Origin: Gammaproteobacteria bacterium
Lineage (GTDB): Bacteria > Pseudomonadota > Gammaproteobacteria > Acidiferrobacterales > SPGG2
Direction of reading: 5' to 3'
DNA: 64,000 nt
NCBI GenBank assembly: GCA_029861845.1
Contig: JAOTYM010000008.1
Span: 773-64,772 of the forward strand
Shown: piece after piece, positions 34,535-45,373 of the stretch
Numbering within the stretch: the first letter of the stretch is position 1
How the letters are laid out: every line of letters begins with the position of its first letter
Translations under genes and position numbers: made by a program
Notes under the pieces: generated by a model
Databases searched by the model: none
Seen by the model: only the letters and a program-made list of their open reading frames with translations
Told to the model about the DNA's origin: nothing

Positions 34535-35113
34535 ATGGGTTACTTAGTTACGCAGATCCTCCTGTGCTTGCTGCTCGCAGCGGCAATTGGGTTGGTGGTT
34601 GGTTGGCTCATACGTCGTTTCATCTGTCAGAAACAAGCGCAGGTGCTGGAGGACGGGTGGGCGGCGCGTTTGAGTCGGGTAGAAACGGAACGTGATGAAC
34701 TTGCGGCGCGCGTGGCAGAACTGGAGCGTGGCATTGTCGTGTCTGGCCAGGCCGCCAGTACGGCTAGCGCTGCGCCCAGTGTGAGCGAGCATAAGCCCAT
34801 GTCATTACAACGTGCTTCGTTGGCAGCAGGTGCGGAGAAGCCCCGCTTTCTGTCTGGACCGAAGAGGAGCCCGGATGATCTCAAGCAGATTAGCGGTGTT
34901 GGGCCGAAGCTAGAAGGTACGCTTAACGGGTTGGGCGTATATCACTTTCATCAGATTGCCCAGTTTACTGCGAGCAATGTCGCTTGGGTCGACGAACAGC
35001 TGAGGTTTAAAGGACGTATCCAGCGCGAGGGCTGGGTTGAGCAAGCCGCGGAGCTAGCCGCTGGTCGTGCAACCGAGTTCAGTCGCAGGTATTTATCTAA
35101 GAAAGGGCAATAA
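34535..35113 (+). CDS. Membrane-anchored coiled-coil protein with C-terminal helix-hairpin-helix module
   Basis: N-terminal TM, then DDLKQISGVGPKLEGTLNGLGVYHFHQIAQFTASNVAWVDEQLRFKGRIQREGWVEQA. It is translationally coupled to the ompA-like gene (a 2-nt gap). Confidence 0.6.
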   Translation: MGYLVTQILLCLLLAAAIGLVVGWLIRRFICQKQAQVLEDGWAARLSRVETERDELAARVAELERGIVVSGQAASTASAAPSVSEHKPMSLQRASLAAGAEKPRFLSGPKRSPDDLKQISGVGPKLEGTLNGLGVYHFHQIAQFTASNVAWVDEQLRFKGRIQREGWVEQAAELAAGRATEFSRRYLSKKGQ

Positions 35114-35216
35114 TCTCGCCAGAAGCGCAGAGCTTATATTCGCCGGTGGGTGAGGGATGTTTGTTGATCTCCATCGGCCCGAATAACTAGGCCTGGGGCA
35201 GGCCTTTGCCGGTGCC

Positions 35217-35653
35217 ATGACACCTTCGAATCTGGTGGGCAAGATCATCGTCTTTTTTGCGATGCTGTTCGCGGCGGTCGAGGCTTCGAACCGTACGGGT
35301 TTTGGTCAGGTCAGTGAGCTCGTGAGTACCTTCACCGAGTTCGGTGGCCAGATCCTGTTGGGCTCGGTCATTCTGGCGATTGGTTTTTGGCTGGCCAATC
35401 TCGCCTACGAGGGTATCGTCAAGCTGAGCGGGGGCAACACCACCGCTGGCGGCATCGCCCGCATCGCTATCCTGGGGTTGGTGACGGCTATGGGCCTGCG
35501 TGCGATGGGGCTGGCGGATGATATCGTTAACCTGGGGTTCGGGCCCACGCTTGGTGCGGTCGCAGCTGCGGTGGCGCTGTCATTCGGACTGGGTGGTCGC
35601 GAGGCAGCCGGTAACAGATGGAGGATTGGCTAAGCCAGCTTCGCAAGCGCTAG
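35217..35653 (+). pseudogene. Conserved-TM-helix-repeat (MscS-associated type) membrane protein, truncated and frameshifted
   Basis: Repeat-like TM segments ending ..GLGGREAAG. The family-typical tail QMEDWLSQLRKR* is present in the +1 frame (stop 35651-35653), implying a 1-nt indel near 35612. The N-terminal part also appears to be missing. Confidence 0.5.
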
Positions 35654-35693
35654 TCTTCGTCCTTCCCCATGGCCGGGAAGGCGGCTGAATGAG

Positions 35694-35733
35694 CCCCGTG
35701 GGTAAAAAGGTGCCTTACCCACGGGGTTTTGTT
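35694..35733 (+). terminator. Rho-independent terminator
   Basis: CCCCGTGGGTAA-(9 nt)-TTACCCACGGGG gives a perfect 12-bp stem, followed by TTTTGTT. Confidence 0.8.
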
Positions 35734-35842
35734 GCCTCGCACCGGTTGCCGCTAGCCCAGCTTGGGCCCGGCCACCTGGAATTTCTGCTAGCACGGCTGT
35801 AGATTACGCGTTCTTAGTATCTATCGGTGTCGTTTTATTTAG

Positions 35843-37249
35843 ATGTCTGAATATCGTCTTAGGCACATGCCAGTCTCAACCAACAAGCGCAGGTTGTTTA
35901 TCAAGACCTTTGGCTGTCAGATGAACGATTATGATTCTTCGCGCATTGCCGACGTCCTTGCCGTCAGTCACCGCTTGGAATTGACGGATGAACCGAGCGA
36001 GGCTGATGTGTTGCTTTTGAACACCTGTGCGGTGCGTGAGAAACCACAAGAGAAGGTCTACTCAGAGCTTGGTAGGTGGCGATCCCTGAAACAGGATAGA
36101 CCGGGTGTGGTCATAGGTGTGGGCGGCTGTGTCGCGAGCCAAGAAGGCGAGGCTATCATTAAGCGGGCACCCTATGTCGATATCGTGTTTGGCCCCCAGA
36201 CTCTGCAACGGCTGCCGGAGATGTTGGACAGTGTGATGAGCAAGCAGCGGCCCGCCGTTGATACGACGTTTCCGGAGATCGAGAAATTTGATCACCTTCC
36301 TGAACCCGGTGTAACTGGACCCCGCGCTTACGTGTCTATCATGGAGGGTTGTAGCCGCTATTGTAGCTTTTGCATCGTCCCCTACACTCGCGGTGAGGAG
36401 TTTAGTCGCTCGTTCGACGATGTCATTGCTGAAATCGTGCATTTGGCCGAACGTGGTGTGCGCGAAGTCACGCTTCTCGGACAGAATGTTAACGCCTACC
36501 AAGGGGCCATGCACGGCGGTGCCGTCGCCGATCTGGCGTTGTTAATTAACTATATCGCGGAGGTCGACGGTATCGATCGTATACGATTCACGACTTCACA
36601 CCCGGCCGCGTTTACGGATCGACTCATCGATGCTTTTGCCAGCGTGCCCAAGCTGGCCGACCATTTGCACCTGCCGGTGCAAAGTGGTTCGGACCGTATA
36701 CTGGCGCTGATGAAGCGGGGCTACACTGCTGAAGAATATCGCGACAAGATACGTCGATTACGGGAAGTCCGCCCAGAGATAAGCATCTCCAGCGATTTTA
36801 TCGTAGGTTTTCCGGGCGAGACGGGAGCAGATTTCGAGGCTACTATGGACCTGGTAGAGGAAGTCGGTTTCGATGGTTCTTTTAGTTTTATCTTTAGTGC
36901 GCGCCCAGGTACACCCGCGGCCCAGTTGCCAGATTCAACACCACCTGAGGTCAAGGCGCAGCGGCTTGCGCGCTTGCAGGGACGGCTGGGCGAAATGCGC
37001 GCGACCATCAGCGGCCGGATGCTGGGAACTATCCAGCGTGTACTGGTAGAGGGGCCATCTCGCAAAGACACACGACAGCTGGCTGGGCGAACACAAGACA
37101 ATCGGGTGGTGAACTTTGTCGATGGCGATCAGACGCTAATCGGGCAGTTCGTCGACATGGAGATCATGGAGGTCCTGCCTAATTCGCTGCGTGGTAGGCG
37201 TCCAACGGGGTTTCGTGCCACTAGCGCATCGGCGCCTTTTTGTGGCTAA
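35843..37249 (+). CDS. miaB: tRNA-2-methylthio-N6-dimethylallyladenosine synthase
   Basis: [14 protein letters not shown], radical-SAM [15 protein letters not shown], and a TRAM C-terminus. The likely start is the internal ATG (MPVSTNKRR). Confidence 0.95.
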   Translation: MSEYRLRHMPVSTNKRRLFIKTFGCQMNDYDSSRIADVLAVSHRLELTDEPSEADVLLLNTCAVREKPQEKVYSELGRWRSLKQDRPGVVIGVGGCVASQEGEAIIKRAPYVDIVFGPQTLQRLPEMLDSVMSKQRPAVDTTFPEIEKFDHLPEPGVTGPRAYVSIMEGCSRYCSFCIVPYTRGEEFSRSFDDVIAEIVHLAERGVREVTLLGQNVNAYQGAMHGGAVADLALLINYIAEVDGIDRIRFTTSHPAAFTDRLIDAFASVPKLADHLHLPVQSGSDRILALMKRGYTAEEYRDKIRRLREVRPEISISSDFIVGFPGETGADFEATMDLVEEVGFDGSFSFIFSARPGTPAAQLPDSTPPEVKAQRLARLQGRLGEMRATISGRMLGTIQRVLVEGPSRKDTRQLAGRTQDNRVVNFVDGDQTLIGQFVDMEIMEVLPNSLRGRRPTGFRATSASAPFCG

Positions 37250-37314
37250 ACTTATAGATAGAAGGTTGCCGCTACGCGGGATCACCTGACCTGAGCGCTA
37301 AGTCCAAAAAATCT

Positions 37315-38295
37315 GTGCCCAAACGGGCAATCGAGTTTAATCTTACTCCCGCCGACAATGGCCGGTTGGCCAGTATCTGTGGACTAAACGATGAGCATCT
37401 GCGGCAGATCGAGCAGGGGCTGGGGGTGGAGATTGCCAACCGAGGAAACGTTTTTCGCGTCACCGGCGAGCCTGACGCAGCCGCTTCGGCTGAGTGCCTG
37501 CTCCAAGCCCTTTATCACTCGGCTAGCCCAACCAGTGTGTTGACCCCGTCGGATGTGCATATGGCGCTGCAGCAAACATGCAACGGTCTTTCCACCGACG
37601 AAGGCCCCGAAACCACCTTGCGCACTCCAAAACGGGTGGTCAAGCCTTGTAGTGCACGACAACGGCAATACATTCGGAATGTCCGCAGACATGACGTCAA
37701 TTTTTGTATTGGCCCAGCCGGTACCGGCAAGACTTATCTAGCGGTCGCCTGTGCCGTGGATGCACTCGAAAACGACCAAGTTGAGCGGATCATCCTGGTA
37801 CGACCGGCAGTCGAAGCCGGGGAGCGGCTGGGATTCCTACCGGGTGATCTTGGGCAAAAGGTGGACCCCTATCTGCGACCATTATACGACGCGCTCAATG
37901 AGATGCTGGGATTTGAACGGGTGGGCAAACTACTCGAGCGAAACATTATCGAACTCGCACCACTTGCCTACATGCGCGGCCGTAGCTTGAACGAGTCTTA
38001 CATTATTCTCGATGAGGCGCAAAACACCACGGCCGAACAGATGAAAATGTTCCTTACGCGTATCGGCTTTGGTACGACTGCTGTCATAACCGGCGATATC
38101 ACACAGACCGATTTGCCGCGCGCACAACAGTCGGGCCTGAAGCATGTGATGGAAATCTTGACTGGCGTCGAGGGAATTACCTTTACTCACTTCACCGCCA
38201 GTGACGTTGTTCGCAACCCGCTAGTGCAACGTATCGTTGAGGCCTACGATGCGCACGATCAAGTGGTTCAAACTCGCCGAGTTGAAGAATCGTGA
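37315..38295 (+). CDS. ybeZ: PhoH-family ATPase (YbeZ)
   Basis: GPAGTGKTYLAVA Walker A and ILDEAQN. Conserved miaB-ybeZ-ybeY-corC order. Confidence 0.9.
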   Translation: MPKRAIEFNLTPADNGRLASICGLNDEHLRQIEQGLGVEIANRGNVFRVTGEPDAAASAECLLQALYHSASPTSVLTPSDVHMALQQTCNGLSTDEGPETTLRTPKRVVKPCSARQRQYIRNVRRHDVNFCIGPAGTGKTYLAVACAVDALENDQVERIILVRPAVEAGERLGFLPGDLGQKVDPYLRPLYDALNEMLGFERVGKLLERNIIELAPLAYMRGRSLNESYIILDEAQNTTAEQMKMFLTRIGFGTTAVITGDITQTDLPRAQQSGLKHVMEILTGVEGITFTHFTASDVVRNPLVQRIVEAYDAHDQVVQTRRVEES

Positions 38296-38747
38296 TAGCT
38301 AGGATAAACGTAGAGTATCTGTCAAACGCCTCCGAGCTGCCGGCGGAGATGACGATTTCACGCTGGGCGCAGGCGGCTCTCGAAGGATACGAACGTGATG
38401 TGGAAGTAGGGGTTCGGATTGTAGACGAATCGGAGATTATCGAACTTAACCAGCGTTTCCGAAAGAAGGCCGAGCCGACCAATGTATTGTCGTTTCCGTT
38501 CGAAGATCCACCCGGTACACAAACCGACATTCTTGGCGATGTTGTTGTTTGTGCTCCAATTGTTGCCAGTCAAGCCCAAATGGAGGGCAAGCCACTATCG
38601 GCCTATTGGGCCCATATGGTTGTGCACGGTATAATGCATCTGCGCGGTTACGACCATGAGACCCCCAAAGAGGCGGACGCCATGGAGCATATGGAAACGC
38701 GTATCCTCGAAGGACTGGGCTTTCCCGATCCCTATGCCTCGAGTTAA
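38292..38747 (+). CDS. ybeY: rRNA maturation endoribonuclease YbeY
   Basis: HGIMHLRGYDHE zinc motif. Confidence 0.95.
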   Translation: MIARINVEYLSNASELPAEMTISRWAQAALEGYERDVEVGVRIVDESEIIELNQRFRKKAEPTNVLSFPFEDPPGTQTDILGDVVVCAPIVASQAQMEGKPLSAYWAHMVVHGIMHLRGYDHETPKEADAMEHMETRILEGLGFPDPYASS

Positions 38748-38762
38748 TGCTCGATAGAGACG

Positions 38763-39662
38763 ATGAGTAAGGACGACGATAACTCTAGTAACAGTACCAA
38801 CGACACTGGGCCGCCAGCAAAATCTCTTTTGAATCTTCTGAGCCAGATCTTGCTCAGAGAACCCAATACCCGCAAAGAGCTAATTGAGTTGCTACGGGAT
38901 GCGCAGGAGCGCGATCTCTTGGATCGTGATTCCTCAGATATGATCGAAGGTGTATTGCAGGTTTCTGAAATGCGAACGCGTGACATCATGGTGCCGCGGG
39001 CGCAGATGGATGTGGTGGACAAGAACAGTAAACCTGAATCGTATACCCCCATGGTAATAGAAACTGCGCACTCACGTTTTCCAATGATCGATGGCGACAA
39101 GGACAAAGTTGTCGGTATTCTTTTAGCTAAGGATTTGCTGCGCTACTTTTACCGAAAAGAGAAGGACCGTTCATCGTATTTCGATATCGATGATATCTTG
39201 CGCCCCGCCGTTTTTATCCCGGAAAGCAAGCGACTTAACGTGCTGCTGCGTGAGTTTCGTATTAACCGCAATCATATGGCCATCGTCGTTGATGAATATG
39301 GCGGTGTTTCTGGCCTTATAACTATTGAAGATGTATTGGAGCAGATCGTCGGCGATATAGCAGATGAGCATGATATTGAAGCGGAGGATGTCGTGATCAT
39401 GCCTAGACGCAGCGGTGAGGCGATTGTCAAAGCACTCGCGCCGATTGACGAATTTAATGCTCACTTCAAGACCAATTTCAGCGACGATGAAGTCGATACG
39501 GTTGGCGGGCTCGTGATGACAACACTAGGCCGGTTGCCGGAGCGTGGTGAAAAGGTTGATATAGGAGGGTTGCGTTTCGAGATCCTGCGCGCCGATAGTC
39601 GTCGCATCCACTTGTTAAAAGTTACTCCTGTTGCAAAGTCAGCCCGGCAAGCCTCCCAGTAA
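38763..39662 (+). CDS. corC: HlyC/CorC-family magnesium/cobalt efflux protein (CBS pair + CorC_HlyC)
   Basis: CBS-pair region and a C-terminal transporter-associated domain. Conserved synteny. Confidence 0.9.
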   Translation: MSKDDDNSSNSTNDTGPPAKSLLNLLSQILLREPNTRKELIELLRDAQERDLLDRDSSDMIEGVLQVSEMRTRDIMVPRAQMDVVDKNSKPESYTPMVIETAHSRFPMIDGDKDKVVGILLAKDLLRYFYRKEKDRSSYFDIDDILRPAVFIPESKRLNVLLREFRINRNHMAIVVDEYGGVSGLITIEDVLEQIVGDIADEHDIEAEDVVIMPRRSGEAIVKALAPIDEFNAHFKTNFSDDEVDTVGGLVMTTLGRLPERGEKVDIGGLRFEILRADSRRIHLLKVTPVAKSARQASQ

Positions 39663-41232
39663 CTCGTCGAAAGCATGTACACCCGACGAGTTGATGTCGC
39701 GGTTTGGGTGGGCCACGCCGAGGAAACTAGATTCGATTTGCCTTTTGGCTGGCGCCCTTTTACCTCTGGCATTCGCACCTTTCAAGTTGTTCCCGCTCGG
39801 CGTGTTGTTGCCGGCGGTTCTTTTTTGGCTGTGGATCGGTTGCTCACCGCGGCGAGCTGCCTGGCGTGGATTTCTTTTTGGCTGTGGGATGTTTGGTATT
39901 GGCACCTCTTGGATATACGTGAGTCTGCATACATACGGAAATATGCCGGCACCGTTGGCGGGTTTGACCGTAGTATTGTTTACTGTCATTTTGGCAGCTT
40001 TCCCAGCTTTGGTTGGTGGCCTCCAAGGCCGTTACCAACATTCTAATCCCAACGTCCAGCTGCTTTTGGTCATACCTGCATTGTGGGTGTTGGCCGAATG
40101 GGTGCGTAGTTGGTTCCTGACTGGATTCCCTTGGCTACATCTCGGCTACAGCCAAGTACCGAGTGCACTGTCGGGGGTCGCGCCCTGGTTGGGTGTGTAT
40201 GGCGTAAGCCTAGTGGTGGCAGTAAGTGCGGCGCTTGTGGTTCGTGGATTGTGCGATCGGAGACAGTTATGGCGACGTTATGTTCCGGGTCTGGCCCTGT
40301 TGTGGGCCATTTGTTGGTTCGCGGGCACGATCAATTGGACACAACCGGTCGGCGATCCGATACGGGTAACATTGGTGCAGGCGAACGTACCGCTTGCAGC
40401 TAAGTGGGTTCCGGATCAGCGGCAATCGATTCTCGAGTTATATTTCCAACTCAGCGCACGGGCCAGCGACACCGATCTCATCATATGGCCAGAGGCTGCG
40501 ATGCCTGCTTACTTAGATGAGATCGATTCACAATATTTGACACACTTACGGCGTCACGCCCGTGACACCAACAGTGACTTTCTAATCGGTGTGGTCGAGC
40601 GTGATCAAGGCAAATACTACAATAGTGTCGTTAGTCTTGGTTCTGGCCCGGGGATCTACCGTAAACGTCACCTCGTACCTTTGGGTGAGTTCCTACCATT
40701 TAAAACGGTGTCGGGTTGGTTGTTAAATTATTTGAATATCCCCATGTCGGATTTCAGTGCCGGTGAGGTTAAACAAGGACCTATCCGGGCCGCGGGACAA
40801 ACAATCGGATTATCGATTTGTTATGAGGATGCGTTCGGCGAAGAGATTATCCGTGCGTTGCCGGAGGCTACACTTCTCGTGAATGTGAGCGAAGACGCTT
40901 GGTTTGGTAATTCCCTCGCTCCCCACCAACGATTGCAGATTTCTCGTATGCGGGCGCTGGAGACGAGGCGCGTGATGTTACGTGCCGCTAACACTGGTCT
41001 ATCCGCTGTGATCGATTCGCGTGGTGAAGTTGTCGTCCATACGCCACAGTTTCAGCCGTACGTTGTGACGCAGGAAATCCAACCTTTGCAAGGGGCAACA
41101 CCCTACGCGAAGTTCGGGAACTGGGTGGTAATTACGCTTACCTGCCTACTGGCTGGGCTGGGCTGGGTTGAACAGAATAGACGCGGTTCTCGCATCTTTC
41201 CCTGGAAATCGTCTCGTAGGGAGGCGGTCTGA
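39631..41232 (+). CDS. lnt: Apolipoprotein N-acyltransferase
   Basis: A multi-TM N-terminus and a C-N hydrolase domain with WPE, K and CYEDAF. The true start is probably downstream of 39631. Confidence 0.9.
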   Translation: MQSQPGKPPSNSSKACTPDELMSRFGWATPRKLDSICLLAGALLPLAFAPFKLFPLGVLLPAVLFWLWIGCSPRRAAWRGFLFGCGMFGIGTSWIYVSLHTYGNMPAPLAGLTVVLFTVILAAFPALVGGLQGRYQHSNPNVQLLLVIPALWVLAEWVRSWFLTGFPWLHLGYSQVPSALSGVAPWLGVYGVSLVVAVSAALVVRGLCDRRQLWRRYVPGLALLWAICWFAGTINWTQPVGDPIRVTLVQANVPLAAKWVPDQRQSILELYFQLSARASDTDLIIWPEAAMPAYLDEIDSQYLTHLRRHARDTNSDFLIGVVERDQGKYYNSVVSLGSGPGIYRKRHLVPLGEFLPFKTVSGWLLNYLNIPMSDFSAGEVKQGPIRAAGQTIGLSICYEDAFGEEIIRALPEATLLVNVSEDAWFGNSLAPHQRLQISRMRALETRRVMLRAANTGLSAVIDSRGEVVVHTPQFQPYVVTQEIQPLQGATPYAKFGNWVVITLTCLLAGLGWVEQNRRGSRIFPWKSSRREAV

Positions 41233-41356
41233 AGATTCGTAGAGTAGTCTGCAATGTAGTTGCCCACCTAGGTACTCTGTGGCAGGCTTCAAAACAGCCG
41301 TGACTGGGGTTGTTTAACGCCGTTAGGGCGGCAGTTACAAGAAAAGTGTGATACGC

Positions 41357-41875
41357 ATGTCTAAGCGCCTATTGACCCTATTCGCTTGTTTTTTTCTCAG
41401 TGCATTATTAGCGGGTTGCGGCTTTCAGCTGCGCGGTCAGGGTAAAGCTGGTTTATCGCCGGAGCTGTCAGTATTGCGAGTGCGCACGATCGGGGAGAAC
41501 GTACCGGGCAACGAACTCCGGCGTGAAGTGGAACGGGCATTGAATGTTCAGGCGGATGTGCGAATTGCGCCTGAGGCAGAAAATGCGATTCCGATACTGA
41601 CACTATATGGTGAACAGTCGAATAGCCGCGTGCTTTCATACGATGAGGACCGTAACGTCAGTGAATTTCTGCTGCGCTATCGCGTGGATTTCGACGTGAG
41701 AGATGCCGCCGGTGAAAAAATGGTTGATAGGCAGACGATCGTCCTGCAGAGAGACTATACATTTGACAGATTGAACGTACTGGCGAAGGAAAGGGAAGAA
41801 CAAGAGCTGCGGCAACAGATGCGCCAGGAAGCTGTACAACAGATAATTCGTCGTCTCGCATCATGGTCGCGATAA
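41357..41875 (+). CDS. lptE: LPS-assembly lipoprotein LptE
   Basis: Lipobox LLAGCGFQLRG, about 170 aa, located immediately upstream of holA. Confidence 0.85.
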   Translation: MSKRLLTLFACFFLSALLAGCGFQLRGQGKAGLSPELSVLRVRTIGENVPGNELRREVERALNVQADVRIAPEAENAIPILTLYGEQSNSRVLSYDEDRNVSEFLLRYRVDFDVRDAAGEKMVDRQTIVLQRDYTFDRLNVLAKEREEQELRQQMRQEAVQQIIRRLASWSR

Positions 41876-41891
41876 TTTAGGAAGGCAGTCT

Positions 41892-42923
41892 GTGCGTGTG
41901 AACTTGAGTCAACTTCATGGTCAGCTGAAGCGAGATCTTGCGCCGACATATCTAATATGTGGTGAGGAGCCGTTGCTCGTCGATGAGGGTTGTGCGTTGA
42001 TACGAGCGGTCGCGCAGGAACGTGGATTTAACGAACGCAACATCATGACAGTGGAGCCCGGTTTCGATTGGGCCAATCTTTTTTCGTTGACCTGCTCGCC
42101 TTCACTGTTTTCGCCGCGACGACTCATTGAATTACGCATCGCCAACACCAAGCAAAGTGAGGCAGGTGCCGACATTCTAGATCAAATTACTGAACAGCCG
42201 CCCCGAGATGTGTTGCTGCTGGTGCGAGCGGGCAAGCTGGATAAGCGAACAATGGCTAGTCGCTGGGTGAAGGCGCTGGAGCGGGCTGGCGTACTCGTGG
42301 TTGTATCTGCGTTAGCACAGAATGAGTTTCCGGCCTGGCTTAACCATCGCATGCGGGCGAAAGGGCTTACCCCTGAGCCTGGTGTTTGCGATCTTTTAGC
42401 TTACCATTTTGAGGGCAATCTTTTGGCGGCAGCCCAGGAGATCGATAAGCTCGCTATTTTGCACGGGAGCGGCTCGATTGAGCCAGAAGACATACGGGAC
42501 AATCTGAGCGACAACGCTCGGTTCAATGTTTTTAGCCTAGTTGATGCGTGCCTGCGCGGCGAGCTTACTTCGGTTGTCCGAATCCTGACCCGACTGCGAA
42601 GCGAAGGCATAGAGCCAATACTCATACTGCGTGTGCTAACGCGGGAGGTACGGACGCTATCACAAGTTGCAGTCAGACTGGAACAAGGGCAGCGCGAGGC
42701 GAGCGTGTTTCAGGCCTATAATATCTGGTCTCGGCGCCAAGCATTGGTTCGGAAAGCCATCAAACGCTGTGGGTCAAATGGGTGGCTAGACATCCTGCGC
42801 CAGGCAGCCCGAAGTGATAAGGTGCTGAAAGGTCATCACGCTGGTAATATCTGGCAAGAGCTGCAACATATGGCGATAGCAGTATGCGGCAAACCGAAAG
42901 GGGTTTGCGAGCCAGTAGACTAA
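41892..42923 (+). CDS. holA: DNA polymerase III subunit delta
   Basis: The length, the N-terminal L..LAP.YLI.GEEPLL pattern and the lptE-holA synteny. Confidence 0.9.
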   Translation: MRVNLSQLHGQLKRDLAPTYLICGEEPLLVDEGCALIRAVAQERGFNERNIMTVEPGFDWANLFSLTCSPSLFSPRRLIELRIANTKQSEAGADILDQITEQPPRDVLLLVRAGKLDKRTMASRWVKALERAGVLVVVSALAQNEFPAWLNHRMRAKGLTPEPGVCDLLAYHFEGNLLAAAQEIDKLAILHGSGSIEPEDIRDNLSDNARFNVFSLVDACLRGELTSVVRILTRLRSEGIEPILILRVLTREVRTLSQVAVRLEQGQREASVFQAYNIWSRRQALVRKAIKRCGSNGWLDILRQAARSDKVLKGHHAGNIWQELQHMAIAVCGKPKGVCEPVD

Positions 42924-42950
42924 CAATTGTAATACGGGTAGAGAATTTCG

Positions 42951-44237
42951 ATGGAGATGGTTTCTCGGCAACCGCACCAACCAGACGTGGGCGCGTACAT
43001 GTCGGAGCTGGGTCGCCGAGCACGCATCGCCTCACGCGTAATGGCTCGGATGGACACCGCCGCCAAGGATGCGGCATTAGCAGCCATTGCCAATGCGCTT
43101 GAAAACGCCAGTCAGCATCTGCTTGCCGAAAATAGAAGAGACTTGGATGCCGGTGAACGCAACGGTCTCGACGCCGCCCTTTTGGACAGGTTGGCGCTCA
43201 CCGACCAGAGAGTCCGAACCATGGCTGAAGGCCTGCGCCAGCTCATGGCCCATGCTGACCCAGTAGGCGAGATTACTGAGCTCAAGGAGCGCCCGTCAGG
43301 GATTCAGGTGGGCAAGATGCGCGTACCGTTGGGTGTGATCGGCATCATTTACGAGTCGCGACCCAATGTTACGGCAGACGCGGCTGGCCTTTGTTTGAAG
43401 TCCGGCAACGCAGCCATCCTGCGGGGCGGATCGGAGGCTATTTGCTCTAATGGCGCTATCGCTACGTGTATTCGGATGGGATTGAGCGCGGCCGGATTAC
43501 CTGCTGATGCTATCCAGGTGGTTGAAATTACTGACCGTGCAGTGGTTGGTGAATTAGTTCGCATGAAGGAACATATTGACGTTATCGTTCCTCGCGGTGG
43601 CAAAGGCCTCATTGGGCGTATCAGTCAAGAAGCACTGGTTCCCGTCATTAAACATTTGGATGGGGTGTGCCATGTCTATATCGATGATAGAGCGAACGTC
43701 GAAAAGGCGATGAAGATAGCGTTCAATGCCAAAACTCAGCGTTACGGTACCTGTAATACAATGGAAACCCTGTTAGTTGCACGGGGGATGACCGAACAGG
43801 TGTTACCTAGACTCGCCAATATGTACCGTGAGGTAGGCGTGGAGCTGCGAGGTTGTCCGAATACTCGTGCGCTGATTCCAGAAATCGCGGTAGCCAGTGA
43901 CGAGGATTGGAGTACAGAATATCTGGCGCCAATTTTGGCGATACGCGTCATAGATACGCTCGACCAAGCGATTGAGCATATACACGCATACGGTTCAGGC
44001 CACACGGATGCCATTGTTACTGAAGATCTAACGCGGGCCAGGCGCTTTCTCAGAGAAGTGGACTCTAGTTCGGTGATGGTCAACGCTTCAACACGTTTTG
44101 CGGATGGATATGAATATGGGTTGGGCGCGGAAATCGGTATCAGTACGGATAAGCTTCATGCCCGTGGGCCGGTCGGCTTGGAGGGGCTGACTTCGCAAAA
44201 ATTCATCGTGCTTGGTGATGGACACATTAGAGAATAG
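42951..44237 (+). CDS. proA: Glutamate-5-semialdehyde dehydrogenase
   Basis: [20 protein letters not shown] and the catalytic Cys context (CNTMETLLV). The likely start is the internal ATG (MSELGRRAR). Confidence 0.95.
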   Translation: MEMVSRQPHQPDVGAYMSELGRRARIASRVMARMDTAAKDAALAAIANALENASQHLLAENRRDLDAGERNGLDAALLDRLALTDQRVRTMAEGLRQLMAHADPVGEITELKERPSGIQVGKMRVPLGVIGIIYESRPNVTADAAGLCLKSGNAAILRGGSEAICSNGAIATCIRMGLSAAGLPADAIQVVEITDRAVVGELVRMKEHIDVIVPRGGKGLIGRISQEALVPVIKHLDGVCHVYIDDRANVEKAMKIAFNAKTQRYGTCNTMETLLVARGMTEQVLPRLANMYREVGVELRGCPNTRALIPEIAVASDEDWSTEYLAPILAIRVIDTLDQAIEHIHAYGSGHTDAIVTEDLTRARRFLREVDSSSVMVNASTRFADGYEYGLGAEIGISTDKLHARGPVGLEGLTSQKFIVLGDGHIRE

Positions 44238-44284
44238 TTACAAGTGTTCGCCTCCTGTGTTGAATCTCTTATGCTGCACCTTCC

Positions 44285-44932
44285 GTGATTGGTATCTTCG
44301 GCGGCACGTTTGATCCTATTCACTACGGCCACCTGTGTCCAGGAAAGCAAGCCCTGCGTGCACTTGAATTGCAAGAACTCCGTTTTATCCCAGCCGCTCA
44401 CCCCCCGCACCGGCAGACACCGATTGCAACCTGTGAGCATCGACTTCGTATGGCAGAATTGGCGGTGGCCGGGTGCCCTGGTCTACGTGTCGACGACAGA
44501 GAGACCCGCCGAGACGGACCCTCTTACACGGTGGCTACACTGGAATCGTTACGAGCTGAGAATGAGGCGCAACCGATTTGTCTACTTATGGGTACGGACG
44601 CTTTCCGAGGCATCGAATCGTGGTATAGATGGGAGCGTTTGCTTGAGTTGTCACATATCGTTGTTCTACAGCGTCCCGGATGGCGAACCCCAAGGGATAA
44701 TGAAGATCTACCTCTATGGGCGCGTGACGTGATCTGCGACGACAATCGTCAACTTGAACAAAAAATAAACGGCCTGATTATATTCCAATCCGTGACGCCA
44801 CAAGATATTTCTGCCTCAAACATACGTATGATGATTGCACGGGGCGAGTCAGTGCAAGGAATGCTACCCGATGTCGTGCTGTCATATATTCGTGCCAACC
44901 AACTTTACGGCTATTCTCGTCAAGAGGTGTGA
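44285..44932 (+). CDS. nadD: Nicotinate-nucleotide adenylyltransferase
   Basis: GIFGGTFDPIHYGH and the ISAS..IR motif. Confidence 0.95.
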   Translation: MIGIFGGTFDPIHYGHLCPGKQALRALELQELRFIPAAHPPHRQTPIATCEHRLRMAELAVAGCPGLRVDDRETRRDGPSYTVATLESLRAENEAQPICLLMGTDAFRGIESWYRWERLLELSHIVVLQRPGWRTPRDNEDLPLWARDVICDDNRQLEQKINGLIIFQSVTPQDISASNIRMMIARGESVQGMLPDVVLSYIRANQLYGYSRQEV

Positions 44933-45279
44933 TGCAAGCACTGGCATTGGTAGATTTGCTCAAGGATACATTGCTTGATTCGAAAGGTCGGGACATACGT
45001 GTTCTTGACGTGCAGAAACTTACTGATATCACGGATTTTATGGTCATTGTTAGTGGAACGTCGAGTGTTCATATTCGGTCAATGACCGACAAGCTCGTTG
45101 AGGCAATGCATAAACAGAACCTACGCCCGGTGGGAATCGAAGGCGCGGATCCAGGTGACTGGGTACTCATCGACTGTGGCGATGTTGTTGTTCATTTGAT
45201 GCGCCCCCAGACGCGAGACTTTTATAATTTGGAAAAACTCTGGGACAGCGGCGAAGCGTCGGACGTATTGAATGTTTAG
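44929..45279 (+). CDS. rsfS: Ribosome silencing factor RsfS
   Basis: DITDFMVIVSGTSSVHIRS and DWVLIDCGDVVVHLM. nadD-rsfS-rlmH synteny. Confidence 0.95.
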   Translation: MMQALALVDLLKDTLLDSKGRDIRVLDVQKLTDITDFMVIVSGTSSVHIRSMTDKLVEAMHKQNLRPVGIEGADPGDWVLIDCGDVVVHLMRPQTRDFYNLEKLWDSGEASDVLNV

Positions 45280-45373
45280 TGTGTGTGAACAGTTATACGC
45301 GTAGCGACTTGGCGGAGTTAAACAAGTAGGGGGGTGGTTACACCGTTAGCTTCGGGTATTGGTATGAAGTGAC

